From Neovahlkampfia damariscottae (taxonomy: Eukaryota): DNA of 64,000 nucleotides. Shown one piece after another: positions 54,768 to 64,000 of this stretch. The position numbers and the translations under genes were made by a program. The notes beneath the pieces are model-generated. The model was not told the DNA's origin and did not search any database. It was given only the letters and a program-made list of their open reading frames with translations. The DNA is taken from positions 62,001 through 126,000 of the forward strand of contig JABLTG010000018.1 of NCBI GenBank assembly GCA_016618085.1. The letters run 5' to 3'. How positions within the stretch are numbered: the stretch's first letter is position 1; every line of letters begins with the position of its first letter.

Positions 54768-55236
54768 TTAATCCATTTTTTCCAAACTTTGAAGTCTGGC
54801 TAAAATTATTGGTTTTGAAGTTTCTTGAATTTCACCAGCAAGAAACATTTCATCAAGAATCATATAAACTTTATGAAAGTTGAAAACTAAATCAAGTTCA
54901 CAAACGTTTCCAAAAAAGTGATCTAAAACTTCGACAAAATTATGAATACATTCTAAATAAGCCAATTCATTGTCATTAATATCAACTACAAAACTAAAAA
55001 ATAAACCAGCATATCTTCTATAAATAACTTTGTGTTTTTCATACTTTTTTTATTTTAAATTCATTTTTTTAAAAACTTACTTCAATGAAATTAGTAAATT
55101 TAGAGTCACGACCAGTTACAATACGATGTACTTCAACTTTATGACGTTCTTTATCTTCATCTATGTAAGTACTGTACCACTTTGCTAATCTTGTTTTACC
55201 TGCACGGTTTTGTAATAAGATGAAGTGTATGGTCAT
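54768..55236 (-). CDS. AP2S1: AP-2 complex sigma subunit
   Basis: [19 protein letters not shown]...[11 protein letters not shown]...[31 protein letters not shown]; one intron. Confidence 0.95.
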
Positions 55237-55323
55237 GATTTTTAATTGGTTGAAATTTTTTTTTCACATCTCCTGAATTTAAAACAATTTATTTTTCACA
55301 AAATATATTTTTTATTGTTTTTA

Positions 55324-55743
55324 TTAATATACAGACATGTCAAGTTTGTAATCATGATTTTTATGTTTAATTTTATTTCTTTCTCTTTCTCCTTTGTATC
55401 TTCTACCACAGATACCTTGACGTTGTTGAAAAATATTTTGTGTATTTTGAGGTACTTCAACTAAATAATCATATTCTTTGGTTTGAAGTGTTCTTGAATG
55501 AGTGACTGAGTAACAGATTTTGAAACCATTAATTTGGGTTTCATAGTTTTTTCTGCAGGTTATGTCTTCTTTTAATTCATTCAAAATTTCCCAATTTTTA
55601 CATTTGTTTAAAGAAAGTTGAGTATTTGTTGTAACGTTAAAAATTTCTCCTTTGTCAACAACTTTGGCACGACAGCTTCCACAACATTTCTGAGTTTTAT
55701 TATTTCTGCAATTGTGTCCATGTTTTCCTTTTTCTCTTTTCAT
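55324..55743 (-). CDS. Hypothetical small protein with Cys/His-rich N-terminus
   Basis: ORF with HNC...CCGSC; CCAAT upstream. Confidence 0.5.
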   Translation of the reverse strand: MKREKGKHGHNCRNNKTQKCCGSCRAKVVDKGEIFNVTTNTQLSLNKCKNWEILNELKEDITCRKNYETQINGFKICYSVTHSRTLQTKEYDYLVEVPQNTQNIFQQRQGICGRRYKGERERNKIKHKNHDYKLDMSVY

Positions 55744-55831
55744 TGTTTTTTTGTTTGTAAAAATGCACAAATCATCATTGACATTTATAATTGGATAAAA
55801 GTTGAGACTTCAAAAATGAGATTGAATAAAA

Positions 55832-55892
55832 AAATGTTTATCAAATTCAAATCGCCATTTTTGGTTATGATTCAAATCTTCATTACTATTTC
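55832..55892 (-). promoter_or_regulatory. Type II SECIS element of the UxxU selenoprotein
   Basis: ATGA(55883-55880)-agatttgaatc-atAA-cca/aaa/tgg-c-gatttgaattt-GA(55842-55841): uninterrupted 11-bp helix II, apical AA, ministem. Confidence 0.88.
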
Positions 55893-57565
55893 TTTTTATT
55901 CAAAAAACTAATTCCTTTTAGTATCAAATTTCCAGTTGATTTCACTTTTGAATTTTCAATCATTTCATTGTTCAATTTCTTGAACACAATTTTTTCGAAA
56001 ATGTCAATTAAATCAACTCTTATTTTATAATCAGGATCTGTATGATGATATAATATTTCTTGTTGTTGTTCAAAATCAAACCATTTAATTTCTTTGTCTT
56101 CTTTTGTGTCAATTTCATTTTGTTTCAACACAATAGATCCAGATTCAGAAATTAAACCTTTTTTATGAAATTTAGAAACTAAAAAGTTTGGTTTTGATGT
56201 TAACATATGATATCTTTGAGCCAAAATACATTCAGGGTCACTTATTGTTTGGACATTTACATTCCAACTTTTCATTCCAATTTCACATTTATCTTGTTCT
56301 TCACTACAAACAGCTATCAATATTCCTTTTTCTTTTTCAATTTTCTCCAATAAATTCGATTTTTCTATTTGAGTGAAGTATCCTTTTCAGAAAGGTCACC
56401 AAAATCCCCTAAAAAATAAAATGGCTACAAATGAATGTTTTTGAACCAATCCATTGATATACTGTACCAATTTATGATTATCATTATTTGAGTCTTTCTT
56501 TTCAAGATTCATATCAATTCCATTTTCTTGTGAAATAAATCTATAGATTGAACCATCATTTCTAAAGTTATGTGGTTGAATTGATCTAATTAAGTTTTTT
56601 GATATCATCAAATCCCCTAAATTCAATGATTCTTCAATTGTAAAATTGTGTTCTTTAATAATATAATCAACAAATTCTTGACCTTCAAATGTCTTTGGAT
56701 TCAAATAACGATCACTGATGAAACCTTTCTTTTTTTTCATTGATTCTTCAAGTTTTTCAAAATTTATCTTCTTTGATTTCAAAATTGATTCTAAATCATT
56801 ATCTTTTTCAAATATTCTCTTTAGATCATCGATTGAAGCTCTTTCTTTTGTATTTAGTTTTGTTGATTGAAATATGAAATCAACAAGTTGAACATCTTTT
56901 TTTGCAAGTATTTTTTTCATAAAATTTTCATCTTTTTCTAAATGTTCATGTATTGGATTCATTTTATTGGTCAAAAGTTGATAAATTAAAACACCAATTG
57001 AAAATACATCAAATTTTTCTGAAATGTTTTCTTTTTTTGGTTTGTATATAGTATTTTCATCTTTTTCAACATCTGACTTTAATATATCATATCCATATAT
57101 GATTAATGAAGAATGTGAAGAAAATTTCTGAACTAAAATAGAGTCAGGCGAGACATTTCCATGAAACTGTTTGTTTTGATGAAGATATGAAAAAACACTG
57201 ATTAATTCCTTTGCATAATTTTTAACTGTTTGAACTGGAAGTGGTTTTTTTATTGACTTTCTTAGTGTTGAAGAATAATAATCCATTGAAATGACAGTTT
57301 CATCATTTTGTTCAAAATGTTGAAAGTTCTTTGGTAGGTTTTGATGTTTTAATGAAAATAATTTGGTTAACTTGAAGAAGGTTAGAAGTTTCATTTTTTG
57401 GTCTACTTGTTCTTTTGTTGGTTTTGACTCTTTTTTGAACTTATGAACTGTAAGTTGCTGTCAGGCATGTGATTCATCACCTCAGTTCAAGGTGCACATG
57501 TACAATGGGAACAGTCCGTTAGTTTCAATTGGTTTTACCAACTTGATGGATGTGTCTTCCTCCAT
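55886..57565 (-). CDS. Multi-selenocysteine protein: pseudokinase + DEP + AhpC/Prx-like (thioredoxin fold) domain with UxxU
   Basis: Single frame from ATG 57565 to TAG 55886 broken only by TGA at 57482, 57461, 56396 and 56387; FFRGFW-U-PF-U, LIAVCSE, ISDPECILA; DEP TFEGQEFVDY...GDLM....I....FRND.SIYRF; SECIS 2 nt after the stop. Confidence 0.85.
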
Positions 57566-57765
57566 CTTTTTGATTGAAGAGTTTCCAGAAGACGATTGGA
57601 TCAATAAATGCGTTAAAATCTGATTCAAAAGCCAATAAAAACTGTTTATTCTTCAAGAAAAAAATACTTCAACCCTATTTTTGTTTTTCTAAATTGTTCT
57701 CAAATACGAATTTATTTATTAATTGAATTTTGGCCAATTATTTTCCACCACCACGTCACCACAGC

Positions 57766-58764
57766 ATGATCCACTCAGAAACCACTGCCCTTGGCAAAAA
57801 CTTCAAAGAGAAAGATCAAGTACCAAAAGAAATCATTTTTGAGATATTCCAGTTTCTTGACTCAAAGACTGAACAAAGAACCCTTTTAAGTTTGACTCAA
57901 GTAAATTCTGAATCAAGAGAATATCTTTCAAATGATGAATTATGGAGACCTGTATTATACTCCACCTTTCCAGCTTCAAAAACAAAAATTACAAATTTCT
58001 TTCGATTAGTTTTTTTTGAAGCTTCATTCAACAAACAAAAATATTTAGACAAACTTAAAAAACCAGATGAATACTTTGAAAAAGTTAGAATTTCTGTGAT
58101 AGGTAAAATAGTCCTTTCTCAAAAATTTATTTTTTTAAAAAGGATCAGTTGCTTCTGGCAAATCAGCTTTGACAAAAAAATTTATAAATGGATGGTTTGA
58201 AATGGCATATGTAAATCTATTCAATTCATTAACATCCTTTAGAATCCTACACTTGAAGATTTTTATAGAAAAGATATGAAACGTAATTATTTACTTGATA
58301 TTTTAGACACAGCATCACAAGAAAATTATACAACAAAAAGAATTGTAAGATGAAATTATATCAATTAAAACTACAAATAGGCTTTTACAAAATCATGCAA
58401 TGCATTTTTACTTTGTATTGATATGACCAATAAAACGTCGTTAGATTCAGTTGAAGAAATATTGAAAGGAATAAAACAACATTGTAATGAAATAGCTAGA
58501 ATCATACTAGTTTGTACAAAATGTGATTTGAAAGATAAAATTGAAATCAAAAAAGAAGAAATTAAAATATTGTCTGAAAGAACAGGATATTCTTTCTTTT
58601 TCATAAGTTCTCAAAATATTGATAATGTAAATGAAGTATTTTATAAAGCAGTGGAAGAATTTTTGAGTTTGAAATTTTTTGATTTGATTCAAGATGAATT
58701 TATCAAGAATTATGGCAAATTCAAAACTGGAGGAAAAACAGTTCAAGGGTGTACTATTTTCTGA
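57766..58764 (+). CDS. F-box + Ras-family GTPase fusion with CaaX
   Basis: VPKEIIFEIFQFL F-box; spliced GSVASGKS, YNPTLEDFYRK, ILDTASQE, TKCD, ends CTIF. Confidence 0.85.
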
Positions 58765-59019
58765 TTCAAAGATGAATAACTTTTTAATGATTATCATTGG
58801 GATGTTCAAAATGACATTTGGAAATTGAAAAAAGTAGGATTTGATATTTAATAAATGGACCATTTTTTTTTTATACCAAAAAAAAACATCATTTTGGGAT
58901 GAACTATTTGATAAGATTATTCTTTTGCTTTGTTTTTTCAATGGAATCTCTCATTTGTGAATTGATGTGTTTGATCCAATGAAACCATTTCTTGAAATCT
59001 GTTGTTCAATTGGTCAAGA

Positions 59020-60565
59020 ATGTCAAACAAATTGAAAGAGTTGAGAGAGGAATGGAGAAAAAACTACGAAAAAAGGAATACCAAACAAGAAAGTACAACA
59101 GATATTGAATTCCAAACGATTTGGTAAACTAAAATAACACTAAAAACATAGTTCAACTAATTTTGAGTATTTTCTTCCAGAAGGTAAAAAAAAATATCTA
59201 ACCACTTTTTATAGAAATATTAGTACATATATTCAGTTTTTTATCACCTCATGATTTGAGTAAAATATCTCTAACTTGTAGTTCTTGGTTTGAACTTCAA
59301 AAGGACAATGATATTTGGTCTTTTTTATTTTCAAAAATATTTTCAACCAAAATTGATACTAAAGAAAAAGAATATGGCTTTTATAGACAAACTTATTTAA
59401 AAAGATTATTAACAAGAACAAATTGGTATAAAGGAATTGGAGATATTATTTATTTGAATATGACTCCCACAGAATACATTATCAAAGGAAATGTACCAAA
59501 ATCGTAAGAAATAGTGATGATTAATCCAAAGATGGCAATCTGATGTACAAATGGATAAAAGTCAATTGTTTTCAATGGACCTATTAGGAGAGAGATTAAT
59601 CACTGGAGATGCAAATGGTTTATTGAATTTATGGGATATGAGAACAGGTCAAATGAACTACACCATGAAAGGTCATAAAGGTTATATCACCAAAACCATA
59701 ATTAAACCGGATATGGTTTATTCCACTTCATACTCTGATGCAAAAGTAAAACCAAATTCAATATTGAATATTTTTCTTAGGTTTTTGTTTGGAATTTAAA
59801 TTATGGAGTATGTACTGGTAAATTAAGAAAAGATACATCTGATTCTATTGGATTTACTGATTTTAAAGTGAATGATAATAAACTGATAGGATATTCACAG
59901 AATCAAAACTATGAAATAATTGACATTAAAAAAGACAAAACAATTGTAAGAATATACCTTTAATTAATCATTCTTAATAGTTAAATGTTCAAAATCCTCA
60001 TCCAAACTCACAAATCACTGGATTTGATTTTCAAGAAAATACTTTATTTTCAATCAGTTCTACAGAGAAAATGATTAAATTATTTGATTTAAGAATTGGT
60101 ATTTGTGTTAAGAAAATATTATCCAAAGATTTTGTTGGTACAACTCAATTCAATGATAAATTTCAAATTACTTCTTTGACTTCTAATCATCAATATACTA
60201 AATTTGGATTAACAACATTCGATATTTCAACTGGAAAAGAAATCAAGAAATTAAATTTGGAATCATATAATGGTCATCAATTTTGTACATTTGATGATGA
60301 AAAAATCATTAGAGCTGGATCATCAGGTACTTTGATTAATAATCGAACTACTGGAAAATTAGAATGTCAAATTCCATCAGATAATTTATCTTGTATGACT
60401 ACTGATGAATCAAGATTGATATTTGGTTTAACTACAGGAGGAATTGTAATTCGTGATTATGGTTGTGACTCTGAACTTTATTGGAAGGTTCTAATTCTAA
60501 AAAAAGATTTACATTTTATTTAGGGTTTAAAAGGTGGAAGGACTTTAGGTGACAAAAACAAATAA
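59020..60565 (+). CDS. F-box/WD40 protein
   Basis: Spliced LPEEILVHIFSFLS..DL....LTCSSW; NW.KG; WD repeats (ITGDANGLLNLWD, GHKGYI). Confidence 0.85.
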
Positions 60566-61084
60566 ATTGTTCAATGTTAGAAAAAGTGTGAGTATTACAG
60601 TCACAATCAAATCAAAAACAAAAATAGAACAATTTGTTTTCAATCCAATCATAATCTCTCTTTGATGAATATTCGAATGAATAGCATCCCAATTTATGTA
60701 TTGGATTCGATTATAACATTTTTGTTGAACACAAGTTCCTTCTTGGCAAATAAAGTTCCTGTTACATACAAAACGAAATGGATTGTTGGATTCATAGCAA
60801 CGAAAATATCCATAATATGAATTTGAAGGACAAGTTTGAATTTTCATATTTAAATTCAAATAATCTTCATTGATGCATTCTTGACATTTACCAATATGAA
60901 TAATTTGATTGAAATTACATCCACCTTTCGTCGATAACTTTCGCTTCGAAATTGATCTTTCATTCAAACCTTCACATTCACCAAAAGCAGGAATTACATT
61001 CTCATATGAACAATTTTTTGAATATATCAACTCAATTTGACTGAAAAACAAAATGATCAAAAAAAATTTCGTCATAATTTTCAT
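60545..61084 (-). CDS. Secreted/membrane-anchored Cys-rich protein
   Basis: Signal peptide, many Cys, C-terminal hydrophobic tail. Confidence 0.65.
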   Translation of the reverse strand: MKIMTKFFLIILFFSQIELIYSKNCSYENVIPAFGECEGLNERSISKRKLSTKGGCNFNQIIHIGKCQECINEDYLNLNMKIQTCPSNSYYGYFRCYESNNPFRFVCNRNFICQEGTCVQQKCYNRIQYINWDAIHSNIHQREIMIGLKTNCSIFVFDLIVTVILTLFLTLNNLFVFVT

Positions 61085-61127
61085 TCCTTTTTCAAAATCC
61101 TTTGATTGGTGGAATAATTTTGGTTTT

Positions 61128-62408
61128 ATGTTGAGGTTGAAGACAACTCTGAAAAAGAATAAATTTAAAACAAGGAAAGTGCATTATGGACCAAAATTTA
61201 AACTCTCAAAAACAGATGCATTGGAGTCTTTACATAACTGGAGAAAAAAATTTTTTTTTAGTCCACTAAAATGGGGTATTAATGAAGGAAAGTTTGAAAA
61301 ATATTATATTCCTTATTGGAAATTTGAAACAAAAGGTCCAATTTATTATCAAGCAAAAGTTGGTGAAGAAATATTTGTTGGAAGTTATGAAAATGGTGAA
61401 GAGATTTATAGAAAAAAAGTTGTAATCACAAACATATCTTCAAATGTAAATTTACCACTTTCAGATTCTATTTATGCTTCAGAGAATTTTTCAAGGTATT
61501 ATCTTGATGAAATGACTCCAGAATTTAATGCTGAATCAATTACACAAATTTCTCCTCAAGAAAGAAAAGACTCCAAAATTGACGTCTATACAATTGATAA
61601 AGTTAGTGCTTGGAAAATATTATTCGAAAAAAAATTCAAAAAATTTCTTACAAATTACATTGAAAACGATATTCGAAAAAATATTAAGAATCTAAAAGGA
61701 AATATCACCATAGAGATCACTAGAATCAATTTTGATTTGAATGATATTGATGCAACATTACTTTATCATCCAATGTACATCTCAGAATATGATTATGGAG
61801 GTAGAAATTTTTTTATTTATGTGAATGGTATTAACGGATTTGTGAAAGGTGAAAGATTGTATAGTTTCACAAAAGTTGCAAATGCATCAGCTATTGCATT
61901 ATTTACAAGTACAGTTTTGGTATTTGGATTGAGAGCCTTAAATCCAATGACTGCATTCATTTGTTCTCTTTTTGGTTTACCAATTGGTGCATTGTTTTAT
62001 TTTATTCCATTTATCGGATCAATTATTAGAAATTTTAGAAGACAACAAAGAATATTTGAATTTAGAGAACAAAAAAGAAATAAAACCGGATTTGGATACG
62101 AACAACGATCAAATTCATATCAAAATTCACAAAGCAATTATCAAAAACAAAGATATTCAAAGAGTAAAGAATCAACCAAAGATGATTATTATACAATTTT
62201 GGGACTTGATCCATCAAAAAGAGATTCATATAGTTCTGATCAAATCAGAAAAAGTTTTTTGAAAATGGCGAAATCATTTCATCCAGACAGATTTTCTGAT
62301 CCAAAAGAAAAAGAAAATGCACATAAGAAATTCACTCAAATCAATCAAGCATATCAAACTTTGAAAGATGAACAAAGTAGAGCTGATTATGATGTCAGTA
62401 AATATTAA
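61128..62408 (+). CDS. Membrane protein with C-terminal DnaJ domain
   Basis: YIPYW, VNGING.VKGER.YS, two TMs, DYYTILG...HPD...INQAYQTL.DE..RADYD. Confidence 0.85.
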   Translation: MLRLKTTLKKNKFKTRKVHYGPKFKLSKTDALESLHNWRKKFFFSPLKWGINEGKFEKYYIPYWKFETKGPIYYQAKVGEEIFVGSYENGEEIYRKKVVITNISSNVNLPLSDSIYASENFSRYYLDEMTPEFNAESITQISPQERKDSKIDVYTIDKVSAWKILFEKKFKKFLTNYIENDIRKNIKNLKGNITIEITRINFDLNDIDATLLYHPMYISEYDYGGRNFFIYVNGINGFVKGERLYSFTKVANASAIALFTSTVLVFGLRALNPMTAFICSLFGLPIGALFYFIPFIGSIIRNFRRQQRIFEFREQKRNKTGFGYEQRSNSYQNSQSNYQKQRYSKSKESTKDDYYTILGLDPSKRDSYSSDQIRKSFLKMAKSFHPDRFSDPKEKENAHKKFTQINQAYQTLKDEQSRADYDVSKY

Positions 62409-62590
62409 TTCAAATTGTTGATTTTGATGTTTCTTCTTCACCAATTAAAAATGAGATGATTGGATAACCGTTTGTGGTTTTTCTTTGAGACTTAAAAACT
62501 TGAAAAACATCAAAAATTCATGTTTTTATTCTTTTTTTTTTCTAACCAATAATAAACAGTCATTTACACCAATAAAAACAATTTTGTGAC

Positions 62591-63583
62591 ATGATGAAAA
62601 ACTGTGTTGTAGTTATTTGCGTGGTGTTGCTCACTCTTTTCAATTCGATCAATTCATTACCTGGTAATTGTTCAGGTCCACAAATGAAGTCAGGAAATAC
62701 AATTTCTAAAATTGTTTCAAATAAATGTTCCAGAACAGCAACTTGTCAAGTAAATTGTAAAAATTTGAAAGAACATTTCACTTGTCAAAAATTATCTTCA
62801 CCTGAAAATAAACCAACTTTGGATTTTTCACTTCTTTCAAAACAAGCAAAATCAAAAGAACTTTCAAAGGTTGATAAAAAAGCACTTTCATATTATTGTA
62901 CAGAAAGAAGACATGAAGATAAAGTTAAAAACAATGCTCTTTCAACTGTATTTCGTAATGTACTTTCAAAATGGACTTCAGTGACTGAAGCTGATTTTCT
63001 TGAAACAAAACCATTAGAAGACGCTGATCATACTTTTACTGCTCATATTAAATCACAAAAAGAAAAACTTTTGAATATTGATTTACCTCATGAACATGTA
63101 CTTTCCATTTTGGAAAATTTATTGACCTACAGAAATGCTTTAAATGATTTTAAAGTACTAGCTCTACAAAAATCAAATGTACTTGAAAATGTAGATGAAG
63201 AATTAGAAAATTATGAAACAACACTTTCAAAAAGTCAACAATTGGACAAAAACTCACTTTCAGTTTTTAAAGCTTTAAAAAATCAAATTTCAACTGGTTT
63301 TAAAAAACATTTAAAAACAATGGAACCATTTTGTGATTGTTTAGATTTTTATAATTTTTATAAAAAATATATTCAAAAGAATAATCATGTAACACAAGAA
63401 GTAAAAGAACAATGGAGTAAAAGAGCCTATGAAATTGAAAAAATGGCTTTAAATAAATGTGGATGTACTGGAGCAAAAGAAATTACAACTTCAACTTCAA
63501 CCACTTTTCCATGGTCAACAACAAAATCAACAAAAGTTCAATCTATAAAATATATTGAAGATAAATTCAATGATGAAGAATAA
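62591..63583 (+). CDS. Secreted protein of unknown function
   Basis: Signal peptide, Cys clusters, intronless ORF, CCAAT boxes upstream. Confidence 0.7.
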   Translation: MMKNCVVVICVVLLTLFNSINSLPGNCSGPQMKSGNTISKIVSNKCSRTATCQVNCKNLKEHFTCQKLSSPENKPTLDFSLLSKQAKSKELSKVDKKALSYYCTERRHEDKVKNNALSTVFRNVLSKWTSVTEADFLETKPLEDADHTFTAHIKSQKEKLLNIDLPHEHVLSILENLLTYRNALNDFKVLALQKSNVLENVDEELENYETTLSKSQQLDKNSLSVFKALKNQISTGFKKHLKTMEPFCDCLDFYNFYKKYIQKNNHVTQEVKEQWSKRAYEIEKMALNKCGCTGAKEITTSTSTTFPWSTTKSTKVQSIKYIEDKFNDEE

Positions 63584-63589
63584 AAATAT

Positions 63590-64000
63590 TTATTTCAATT
63601 CTTTAAACTCTTGTTCAATTTTATTCATTCTTGAACGTATAGAAGCAACTTCTGCTGCTTGAAAAATAGCTTGTTTGAAATTAGATTGAGCTGATTTTAA
63701 ATCTGAAGAAGGTAATAAACCAAACCTTGATTTTTTAATAAAAATGAAATAAATACCAGTATATAGGGTCTTGTTTATGCATTTCTGTTTCTTTTTTTGA
63801 CGTCAAAATACTCTCTTTTGATTTATTTTTTAAATTTACATTTTCTGCTTCTTTTACATTATATAAACATTTCTTTTCATCTAAATCTATTGTTATCTTT
63901 GGTTCTATTTCTTTTGGTACATGAATAAATGAAATAACGTCAGAATCAAAACTTCTTGAACGAATGTATGAAAAATCAAAAAGACCTGTGGATATAAATT
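63590..64000 (-). CDS. Vma22/CCDC115-like V-ATPase assembly factor, 3' part
   Basis: Spliced DPIYWFGLLPSSDLKSAQSNFKQA then coiled coil; truncated by window edge. Confidence 0.65.

Noticed and set aside
57455..57486. Box C/D-like motif (GTGATGA...CTGA with CTG/CAG ends) on the minus strand
   Set aside because: Only 9 nt between the boxes, too short for a guide snoRNA, and it lies in apparently coding sequence. A recoding-assisting hairpin cannot be excluded.

Overview
Very AT-rich, extremely gene-dense eukaryotic (protist) nuclear DNA with about 45 genes, tiny (~28-50 nt) GT-AG introns, intergenic gaps often under 50 nt and a CCAAT box just upstream of most start codons. Gene content and style suggest a free-living amoeba/flagellate such as a heterolobosean (inference only). 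The main discovery is two selenoprotein genes hidden from the ORF track, each with its own well-formed type-II SECIS in the 3' UTR. (1) 55886-57565(-) is one reading frame (pseudokinase + DEP + AhpC/Prx-like domain) broken only by in-frame TGA codons, including a FRGFW-U-PF-U double-selenocysteine (UxxU) motif and two more TGAs near the N-terminus. (2) 27320-28036(-) is a Sec-MsrA whose catalytic UGA is assembled by splicing through a 3-nt microexon. Also notable: a zinc-ribbon-less sirtuin-YEATS fusion, F-box-Ras and BTB-BTB-Ras fusions, a myristoylated EF-hand-PH-phospholipase D, a bacterial-style kinase-AAA-GAF-adenylyl cyclase between decayed eIF4A-like copies, and a synapsin-like gene. 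All family calls are by motif recognition, not database search.
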